Assembly (NCBI GenBank): GCA_965208675.1
Contig: OZ242351.1
Coordinates: forward strand, 2,976,001-3,040,000
Source: Candidatus Poribacteria bacterium
GTDB taxonomy: Bacteria > Poribacteria > WGA-4E > PCPOR2b
Direction of reading: 5' to 3'
Length of the DNA: 64,000 nucleotides
Below are positions 41,499 through 49,897 of the stretch, piece after piece (the stretch's first letter is position 1; the number at the start of each line of letters is the position of its first letter). A program made the position numbers and the translations under genes. Below the pieces are notes generated by a model that was given only the letters and a program-made list of their open reading frames with translations, was not told where the DNA came from and did not search any database.

Positions 41499-43046
41499 TC
41501 AACGGGTTTCTTTTCGAAGCCCCATCCACACGCAAACTGCCATACCCAAAAGAACAATGGCGAACGGGAAGCCGGTGGCAAGCGAAGCCGCCTGTAACGA
41601 CTGCAGTCCACCGCCAAGGAGCAGCGCGATGGCAACCAACCCTTCAATCGTGCACCAGAAAACACGTTGAGGCACCGGTGCGTCAATTTTGCCGCCCGCT
41701 GCGATGGTGTCAATGATTAGCGAGCCAGAATCCGACGACGTGACGAAAAAGATAATCGTCAAAAGCATAGCGACGGATGAAAGCAGCATCGTCCACGGCA
41801 GTTCATCGAACATCTTAAAAAGCGCGATTTCCAGCTTCCACGCCTCAACGTTCTCCGTTACACCGGTATAGCCGTCAACGATATGCTGGTGTAGCGCCGT
41901 GCCGCCAAAGGCGCCAAACCACAGTAAACATAACAGCGTCGGCAGAAGTAACACAAAGATTACGAACTGCCGTACCGTCCGCCCCTTTGAAATGCGCGCA
42001 ATGAACGTGCCCACGAACGGCGCCCACGCTATCCACCACGCCCAGTAGAACGTGGTCCAGCCGTGAAAAAAGCCGGTGTCGTCACGTCCAATCCAGTTGC
42101 TGAGCGGCACAATTTTAACGGCGTAGTCAACCAATCCATTGAACATGCTGCGGAAAATGTACAGCGTTGGACCGAGTATGATAACAGCCAACAGCAATAA
42201 GAACGCGAGGATTATGTTAAACTGGCTAAGACGCTTGATCCCGACATTAATTCCCGTTATCACCGATGTCAGCGCGACAGCCGTTATCACAACAATCAAC
42301 ACCACCATCGTGGTATTGTTTGCGGGAACGTCAAATAGGTAGTTCATGCCGGATGTGACCTGTTTGACCCCCAAACCGAGAGATGTTGCCAGCCCAAACA
42401 GACCCGCGAAGATGGCGAAGGTATCAATGACATGGCCAGGCCAACCCCAGACGCGGTCGCCGAGCAGGGGATGGAACACCGAGCGGATCGTGAGAGGAAG
42501 GCCCCGATTGAAAGCGAAGTATGCGAGCGCAAGTCCGACAACGCCGTAGACTGCCCAGCCTTGAATTCCCCAGTGAAAGACGGTCGCAGATATGCCGGTG
42601 ACTGCAGCTCCCGGCGACCCGGCATCAATGCCGAGCGGCGGGTTCTTCAGGTAGTACATCGGTTCCGCCACGCCGAAAAACAGTAGACCGATGCCTACGC
42701 CTGCCGCAAAGAGCATAGCTGTCCACGTCAAATTGGAGTATTCCGGCTCCGCATCTGCTCCCCCAAGGCGAACCTTGCCGAGCGGCGAGAACGCCACAAC
42801 CAAACAGAACAGCGTGACAAGATTGACTGTAATCATAAACAACCAATCAAGGTTCGTCGTGAGCCAGACGCGGACATCTCCAAACAATTTCGTCGCACCT
42901 TCCTGAAACACAAGCGCACCGACGACAAAGATAAGGATGGCGATTGCGGAAATTACGAAGACTGGAGTCAAATAGATATCTAAACCGAATAACTTCCGGT
43001 ATTCCCTGTCTTGCGGCAATTGAGTTTGATTTCCTTCTTCGTGCAT
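41499..43046 (-). CDS. BCCT family transporter (betaine/choline/carnitine)
   Basis: MLFAAGVGIGLLFFGVAEP, FHWG, WTTFYWAWWIAWAPFVGTFIARISKGRT. Confidence 0.95.
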   Translation of the reverse strand: MHEEGNQTQLPQDREYRKLFGLDIYLTPVFVISAIAILIFVVGALVFQEGATKLFGDVRVWLTTNLDWLFMITVNLVTLFCLVVAFSPLGKVRLGGADAEPEYSNLTWTAMLFAAGVGIGLLFFGVAEPMYYLKNPPLGIDAGSPGAAVTGISATVFHWGIQGWAVYGVVGLALAYFAFNRGLPLTIRSVFHPLLGDRVWGWPGHVIDTFAIFAGLFGLATSLGLGVKQVTSGMNYLFDVPANNTTMVVLIVVITAVALTSVITGINVGIKRLSQFNIILAFLLLLAVIILGPTLYIFRSMFNGLVDYAVKIVPLSNWIGRDDTGFFHGWTTFYWAWWIAWAPFVGTFIARISKGRTVRQFVIFVLLLPTLLCLLWFGAFGGTALHQHIVDGYTGVTENVEAWKLEIALFKMFDELPWTMLLSSVAMLLTIIFFVTSSDSGSLIIDTIAAGGKIDAPVPQRVFWCTIEGLVAIALLLGGGLQSLQAASLATGFPFAIVLLGMAVCVWMGLRKETR

Positions 43047-43106
43047 TTTCAAATATTCTCCTTCCGGTTGGACAGACACAGCAGTCCATTGTTGCAAGCG
43101 CAGCGC

Positions 43107-44414
43107 TTAGAAATAGTAACCCAAGTTAAAGTTAATTCGCCAATTCCACGCGTCATTGCCGTTGGCGCCATAGTCGCCGGCACCCGTATAAATGTTGGCG
43201 TAGTCCTCTACCTTTCCGTCAGCATCAACGTTGCCCACAAATCCGTTGCCGTTGGAAAGCGCCAAATCACTATAGACATACAAGGCGCCAAACAACGTCC
43301 AGCTAGCGCCAAGTGTCACCAAGGTGCTGTTGTTAAAGTTATCCACCGTTTTTAGGATCGTACTGGCTTCAACATAAGGGGTAACATTGTCCATCCACGA
43401 GATACCCGACGCATCAATACCGTTGTAGCGCAGATTTAGCGCGGGAATCAATCCCTTGGACGCTATGGGCCATGCAAAATCGTAAGCGCCCATCGGGATT
43501 AGGTCGCCGGTGCCCCAGGGCGTCTCATCGGTAATGTTGTATGCATAATAGGAAAATTGAGAGTAGACTGTGAAATCCGAGAACGTGTTCTTCATGTGCG
43601 CGGAAAGCGCATAGTGATTCGCGCCGTCATCGTCCACATCCGTCCCCTTCAACAACCCGTATTGAACCGACGCGCCGACATCCGCAATGTTCTCAAGCGA
43701 ATAAATGCCGCGCAGGTTGAATTGATGTTGCTCATCGAACCCGTGTTCAACAGCAGAAACGTCCCAATCAACATCTCCTTTTTTGATCTCTTTTTCTTCA
43801 TTATTCTCTAGAACTTTTGTATCGTCCTTTGGATAGACTTTGGTATCCCACGTGACGATGTCATAACTGAACCGCGAACTCGCAACGCTGCTTCCCTCCG
43901 TCTGGGGTTCGCTCTGAAGAAAGTAGCCTACATCAAGCGCCAGCTTGCCCATGGTGTCGCTCCATCTGATTCCCACATCCATATCGTCCGAAAGCCCGAC
44001 ATAAAAATGTTGATCGAAGAACCAACTGCTTGAGACACCATAAGCAGTAGGTCCAAACGGAACCCGTACGACACCCGCCTTCACTGTGCCCAACTCGCCG
44101 AGGTTATACCCTAGCCAAGCGGTGTGTATCATGCTGTAGGTATCGTACCATCGGTATTCCAGTCTACTGATAACATTATTATAGTCCAAATCGGCATTCA
44201 GGCGGAAAAGCTCAAGGTCGGCATCTCCAATGTTTTCGCCTCGGCGGTGCGCCTTGTCCTCATCACCGTAGGTGCCGTAGGCATATCCCACCCGAATAGC
44301 GCCGCCAATCTTAATCGGGCTTTTTTTGTCCTCGGCAACCGCAACCCATTGCGAGGCAAACAACAGAAATACGATCCCGAGACTCAAGGTTCGTGTGTAA
44401 CTCTTACATTTCAC
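43107..44414 (-). CDS. Outer-membrane beta-barrel (porin-like) protein upstream of the BCCT gene
   Basis: Signal peptide; C-terminal WRINFNLGYYF. Confidence 0.75.
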   Translation of the reverse strand: MKCKSYTRTLSLGIVFLLFASQWVAVAEDKKSPIKIGGAIRVGYAYGTYGDEDKAHRRGENIGDADLELFRLNADLDYNNVISRLEYRWYDTYSMIHTAWLGYNLGELGTVKAGVVRVPFGPTAYGVSSSWFFDQHFYVGLSDDMDVGIRWSDTMGKLALDVGYFLQSEPQTEGSSVASSRFSYDIVTWDTKVYPKDDTKVLENNEEKEIKKGDVDWDVSAVEHGFDEQHQFNLRGIYSLENIADVGASVQYGLLKGTDVDDDGANHYALSAHMKNTFSDFTVYSQFSYYAYNITDETPWGTGDLIPMGAYDFAWPIASKGLIPALNLRYNGIDASGISWMDNVTPYVEASTILKTVDNFNNSTLVTLGASWTLFGALYVYSDLALSNGNGFVGNVDADGKVEDYANIYTGAGDYGANGNDAWNWRINFNLGYYF

Positions 44415-44715
44415 AGCATTTATCCTTTCAATTATTGCATAGGCAGATAAGAACCTGCCCTGCTTATGTCTATCCGATGCGAAAATTCGCGAAGCCGTAT
44501 CATTTAGATACCGTTCGCCTTAGTGAATTCTTGTGTACGAGAACACTCACTTCCAGAGTATATCTCTAGGCGAGCCGTAATCATCGAACTCTGAACTCAT
44601 TATAAACCTTATACAAATTAAAGTCAACTGCAATTTATCATGGAATCGTACCATGCAAGGCACAACAAACCCCACCCATTCCCGTTGGGCGGGATTCTCG
44701 TCGGGCAGGTCTCTC

Positions 44716-44956
44716 GTAGGTCGGGCTTCCAGCCCGACACCCACCATCCCCCATAGGAGCGATCTCCGAATCGCGACAAACCACTTGTGGGAGCGGCTTC
44801 CAGCCGCGAAATAGTAGTAGGCACACTCCGGTCTGTAAAGTTTTTGTAGGTTGGGTTGAGCGGATTTTACCAAATGATGCACAAATTTACGTTCCGCTCT
44901 AAAAGCCTAACGACGAACAAAATCCGATGCACGGAGCGTAACCCAACCTACAAAAA
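44716..44956. repeat. Cluster of several different GTAG-type REP-like palindromes plus a REPIN-like doublet (44841-44956)
   Basis: GTAGGTCGGGCTTCCAGCCCGAC, GGAGCGATCTCCGAATCGCGAC, GTGGGAGCGGCTTCCAGCCGCGA; TTTTTGTAGGTTGGGTT...AACCCAACCTACAAAAA. Confidence 0.75.
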
Positions 44957-44986
44957 CCAGGAACGCTCATGGCGTCAATCGACGAA

Positions 44987-45204
44987 TAGACATCTTTCCT
45001 ATTTAACTCAATGTGGTTGACAAAACCGAAGCGTTAAGGGCAACCACAAGGGTTGCCCCTACAGCGTATTAGCCCAATTTGAGGGTAGTCGTTTTACACC
45101 TGCCACCCCACTGGGGCTAGATGTTGATGTGTAACAGTGATTTCTATATACCTGTCGCCCCTCTGGGGCTATCCGGCGGTGGAATTATTTTGGAAAGATG
45201 TCTA
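44987..45204. mobile_element. MITE-like element, copy 2
   Basis: Perfect 13-bp TIRs TAGACATCTTTCC / GGAAAGATGTCTA; inverted copy of 8218-8464. Confidence 0.85.
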
Positions 45205-45530
45205 ATATCAACAGCTCGAAATTCAAGTCCGCATATTTCAACCAAAATTACAGTTTTTACAGTCCATAAAAAAAGGGAATTTTATCGCGGTTTGTGTTAT
45301 CCGAAATAATTAAAAACACTCCTGTAAGGTTGGGTTGGGGGGAGGTAGATTCAGTATATTTTATTTGCGTATTTTGTGAGTAATTGGGAAATAGGAAAAT
45401 TAGCGAAAATGGGCTTAAGGTTAGACAGAGAGCGGGTTGGTGGGTTTGAGTATTTTTGAGTATTTGAAACAATAAGTTGAGAATGCTCGATTTTGAACCC
45501 GCTGACGACCTGATTGATTCAGCCATCATA

Positions 45531-45849
45531 GTTTCTGTAGGTTGGGTAGAGTAAATAACTTAAAAAAGGTTCCGGTAGCAATTTACCGGTACGAGATTCA
45601 AACAATGCCGGCGTCAATATGCGCTGAGCGAAACCCAACGATCAACTGAGCGAATAGCGAAGGCGATAGTCTTCAGTATTAAAAACCTCCGGCAACCCTA
45701 GCGAATTCCTAATTCAACATACCGCTCCGAATTCCAAATACACTCATTCTATTTTCCTGTTCCAAAGGTTCTGGCGATGATGTTTACCGGCCGGTTATCC
45801 GAACGTTCAATAACGTTGGGTTTCGCGAGCACGCGCAACCCAACCTACA
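45531..45849. repeat. Long REPIN-like element, copy A
   Basis: Ends GTAGGTTGGGT...ACCCAACCTAC; internal sequence similar to 47278-47674. Confidence 0.8.
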
Positions 45850-46040
45850 TTCACCTGGCAATTCTGCACAGAGTCTGCGCAACACAACAATTTACTACTA
45901 GTTGATTTCTTTGCGAGATTTATTGGCGTGCTTTTGTGGCATAGGAGAGTTGAGATTCAGAGGTACAGCCTGTGGGAGGTGTCGAGGAAACACCTCCTGC
46001 CACAGGATAAGGTAGTATTAAGCGAGGCGCGACAATTTAC

Positions 46041-46421
46041 TCACAGAATTGTGTTTATGTGATTTTCAATGTTGACCGAATTTTGAATAAGCGACTGGAT
46101 TTCTTGAGTTTTATTTTGGTAAGTATGCGCATCGTATCGTGCTTTTCTACTCGCCCTATAAAGTGCTTTGTACTGCGGGTATAAGGTACTAAGGTGTTTT
46201 TTGAAATATTCATGTCTCCCGGTATTCTGCCGGTTACTGCTGTGCCCAATTGGGTGGATGTTTTTCCGCGCCAAGTAAGAATCAACGGCGTGTAGGGCTT
46301 TGTAGAAGGCGAGTGTCACAATCCAGTCAGCGTGTTGTGGGCTGTTTTGCGATTGTTGAAGGTAAGAGAGCGTGATTTGTGTGCTTGTTTGCTTATCAAT
46401 ATGTTCTCGTTTCGTCGGCAT
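46041..46421 (-). CDS. HEPN-domain protein (putative toxin)
   Basis: DWIVTLAFYKALHAVDSYLA...H...LYRASRKARY pattern. Confidence 0.7.
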   Translation of the reverse strand: MPTKREHIDKQTSTQITLSYLQQSQNSPQHADWIVTLAFYKALHAVDSYLARKNIHPIGHSSNRQNTGRHEYFKKHLSTLYPQYKALYRASRKARYDAHTYQNKTQEIQSLIQNSVNIENHINTIL

Positions 46422-46483
46422 GGTTTTTCCGTGTTTTCAACTCCATTGATGATAGTTAGAAGGGGCACGGGAATACAGGTGGG

Positions 46484-47080
46484 TTAGCTGAAATTTTCAT
46501 AAAAACATTCAAAATCCTCCAACTCTAGATAATCCTCTGCTGATTCGTATTCCGCAGAGAAGGAAAGAAATCGAAATTTCTGATTTATCTCCAGATCAAG
46601 CTGGGCTAACTCCATGATTATTTCTACAGATTCTTCCGTGAGTAAGACTATGACCTCTGCGTTTTTACCTTCAATTCTTATATAACCCTTCTGGACATGA
46701 GGAATTTCTTCCAATTTTGCACTATAGAGTTGTTTAAGTTCTTGCCATGCTGCGGGTTCAACTTCTACGATAATTCGCTTTAGGAACATGTAGTCTTGAG
46801 ACTTTGGAGCACTGTCCTCTAACTCCTTATAGCGGGCAACAATTCTCGAGCACAATTTTGACTTCGCCTCTTTTTCGTTGGCGCCTGTGCTGTGTAGTTC
46901 GACATCATCGTAGGTAGCCTTCACAGCATCATCTGTTCTTTCGATTAAGATTGGAATTGGTTGACGTAGGTGGTAAGCGGGATGCTGAAGATTTTGAACC
47001 CAATGCGTTTCAGAAATATGGCGAATTTCTGAACGTATAATGTCACTCAATTGTGCAGGCTTAAGCTCCTCACGTGTCAC
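46484..47080 (-). CDS. Acidic hypothetical protein, putative antitoxin (HicB-like N-terminal half)
   Basis: 'PIPILIE...ATYDDVELHSTGANEKEA' HicB-like pattern; directly upstream of the HEPN gene. Confidence 0.5.
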   Translation of the reverse strand: MTREELKPAQLSDIIRSEIRHISETHWVQNLQHPAYHLRQPIPILIERTDDAVKATYDDVELHSTGANEKEAKSKLCSRIVARYKELEDSAPKSQDYMFLKRIIVEVEPAAWQELKQLYSAKLEEIPHVQKGYIRIEGKNAEVIVLLTEESVEIIMELAQLDLEINQKFRFLSFSAEYESAEDYLELEDFECFYENFS

Positions 47081-47277
47081 GATTTCCTCCTAGCTGTCAT
47101 CAATCAAATCATCCTCAAACGTATAATAAGCAACCAAGTCGCTACGAACCTAGAGCGTCCGTAATGCGCCCATACCCCGGCAGGAGACAGAACCGAGGAT
47201 AAACCTACCGAAAAATCTCATCAAGACGCCAAACGCGTCTAAGGGCATCCGACAAACTGGCTCTGGCGATAATATCC

Positions 47278-47674
47278 AGTTTCTGTAGGTTGGGTAGAGT
47301 AATTAATTCAAAAAACGGTTCAGCTTACAGTTAACCGTTCCGAATTTCTAATGATGCCGCTGCCAGTACACGCAGAGCAAAACCCAAGGATCAATTGAGC
47401 GAATAGCGAAGGCGATAGTCTTCAATATTAAAAACCTTCGGCAACCCTAGAAAATTCCGATTACAACACACCGCTCCGAATTCCAAATACTCTCATTGTT
47501 TTTCCTTGTTCCAATCGTGCTGGTGTTGGCGTGTGCCGGTCGGCTATCCGTACGTTTCAAAAACGTTGGGTTTCGCCACGGGCAAGTTACTAAAAACGGC
47601 GTTCGTTGTTTCGAACGGAATTTCTCCATAGGAATGTATTCGGTGTAACCCGCTCAACCCAACCTACAGAAACT
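47278..47674. repeat. Long REPIN-like element, copy B
   Basis: AGTTTCTGTAGGTTGGGT...ACCCAACCTACAGAAACT terminal inverted repeat; same orientation as copy A. Confidence 0.8.
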
Positions 47675-48125
47675 CAGCGGAGGAAATCAGGAGCAGACTT
47701 TTAAACTCCTGCCAGAATAACCAAGCGTCCCGCCACAATTCAATTTTTCTGAACACGGAATTGCGAATCTGCTATTGCTATTCGACCATTAGCCTCCTTA
47801 TCAATCGTAAGGGAAACTTTGCGATCTCCGTTTTTGTCGATAATATCGATTCGGCATCCAGACTCATCGCCAACCTGAATACAAATTCCCTCCAGATTTT
47901 CTTCAACATTTGTTTATAGCAGCGAGGCGGTTGTGAATACGATTTATGCCAAAGCGGCAAAGCGGTACGGCGGTGTGCGTGAGATTCTTCCCTTCCGTAT
48001 CGGAAAGTTGCGCAGCCATGCCGCAGAGAGAGGGGACAATCGCCATTATGTCTCTAATCACCGGGGTTATATTTAGTAAATCATGTGTTTGTGGCGCCAG
48101 GTTATCAAGAGTTGCACTATCGCGT

Positions 48126-49475
48126 TTACCTTGTTGGTCGTTTTATTTCCGCCCATGACGTGGTTAGTAACTTGTGCTGTCGCGATACACGGGTGGGATG
48201 GCTAAGGAGGAAGATGTCTCCGTCCAGAGAGCCCACTGTGTGCGTCGTGTCATACTTGCCCGTAGCGACAGAAACTGTTACTTCGGGAAGCGCGATGGTT
48301 GGCGTTATACGACTTCGGTTATACACTGCCCAACCATTAGTAAATTCGCGGATATACAAGCCCGAATAGCGTTGGCGGCCCTCAACGAGATAATGTTCCC
48401 CTTTAGGACCAATCGGCTGTCCTAAATCGACGCCCCAAAAATCGTACCAGTGGTGATCATGCCCAAACTCGAGTGGCCCCTTGGTGTATAGGACTGAACC
48501 GTTATCGCACGTCAGGCTCATCGTGGTAAACAATCGCATCCATCGTATGTTGTCTGGACTGTCGAAGGCTTGTTCAGACATACCCCATCCCTCTAAACAG
48601 TTGACTGTGGGTTGCCGAAGATTTTCGGATGCCCATAAAAGCGTATCTTCAATCTGTGCAATACCAGCAGGTGTGTAGGGATAGTTTGGTTCACCTGGGT
48701 GAGCATCCCATACTGTTTCCATGAAAAGTCCGTTGACGTAAGGAGCATGGCCAGGGTCAGTACGCCAGCGATTGGTGTTCATGACAATGAGGAAATCCTC
48801 GTCGACTTCAGCTCGAATAGCTTTCAGAATAGCTAGCCTTGCTTGGCTTAAAAGGTCATTGTCTACGTAGCGATATGATGCAATATAGCAACATCTGCCT
48901 CCGTCAAAGAATACGCCGTCATACAATTCGCTTTCGGCTGCTAATGCAATTTCTTTGGCTAACAGTTGATGAAAGCCCTTATTTGTAAGGTCGAAAAAAT
49001 AAGTCGTGCCATCCGTGATTCGATTTCCGCCGCTGTCTCTCAGCCAAAACGGTGAGTCGGCTGGCATGTATTCTGGGTCAGCAATCCCAATAAAATCCAT
49101 CGGATAAAGGAACAGCATATTGGGGTTATAGCGCATCATCCATCGCTGCCAATTGCGGCTCTTTGATATGTGACCAGTTGCGACGACGGGTACGTGTTCG
49201 CCGTCCGCTGTGGATTGCCAACGAATGAAGTAGGATCCCCAGTGAACATCGTAAATCGCCATTTCTTGAAGTTCGTTAAAACCCTCAAAACGGTGACGGT
49301 CTATCAAAGGCGGATTGAATACACCGCCCCAGGCGCCAAAGATTGAAGGGTAGCTTCGGGAATCTATCCGTTCCCGAATCGTATCGAGACGGGCTTGCTG
49401 GGCATATACTAAATTTAGAGTGATTACTACCAAAATAACACAAAAACTACTGTACCACAGGCACTTGAATTTCAT
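48126..49475 (-). CDS. Secreted putative glycoside hydrolase (GHL15-like TIM barrel)
   Basis: YDGVFFDG, NGLFME, YIREFTNGWAVYNRS; C-terminal KLLTTSWAEIK. Confidence 0.65.
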   Translation of the reverse strand: MKFKCLWYSSFCVILVVITLNLVYAQQARLDTIRERIDSRSYPSIFGAWGGVFNPPLIDRHRFEGFNELQEMAIYDVHWGSYFIRWQSTADGEHVPVVATGHISKSRNWQRWMMRYNPNMLFLYPMDFIGIADPEYMPADSPFWLRDSGGNRITDGTTYFFDLTNKGFHQLLAKEIALAAESELYDGVFFDGGRCCYIASYRYVDNDLLSQARLAILKAIRAEVDEDFLIVMNTNRWRTDPGHAPYVNGLFMETVWDAHPGEPNYPYTPAGIAQIEDTLLWASENLRQPTVNCLEGWGMSEQAFDSPDNIRWMRLFTTMSLTCDNGSVLYTKGPLEFGHDHHWYDFWGVDLGQPIGPKGEHYLVEGRQRYSGLYIREFTNGWAVYNRSRITPTIALPEVTVSVATGKYDTTHTVGSLDGDIFLLSHPTRVSRQHKLLTTSWAEIKRPTR

Positions 49476-49759
49476 GGCAAATTCTCCAACTGAATACACA
49501 TAAGATTTAGGAATTTCCAATACGAGCAACCGTCATTTTAGTCTATCTGAAATTTATGCGAACATCAATATCGACTGAAATCATCCCCAAAAACTGGACA
49601 GGCAATTATGGTGGATTTCGGTCGGGCAAAACGCTGTCTCACCAACCGGTTTAGCGGTTGCGTCGGCGTGAATTGCCGCGGGGTTGTGTAGAGATTTAAA
49701 AGCGTTGGGGTACGCTACGACCATTTCGCCAATAACAGCGTTCGGCAATAGGAACTGAA

Positions 49760-49807
49760 ATTCTCCGTAGGAATGTATTCGGCGTAACCCGTTTAACCCA
49801 ACCTACA
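49760..49807. repeat. Partial right end of the long REPIN-like element
   Basis: TTCTCCGTAGGAATGTATTCGGCGTAACCCG...ACCCAACCTACA matches 47621-47668. Confidence 0.7.
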
Positions 49808-49897
49808 AGAACTGATTGTGTGTATTAGCTTCAACATATCACTTCTCCTTAATTTTGGCAGTTGCCATCCCGATGTAAGTCGGCATCGGTACTGGAA

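Noticed and set aside
44420-44620. Riboswitch upstream of the porin-BCCT operon
   Set aside because: Some short stems are present, but no convincing glycine or SAM aptamer consensus.
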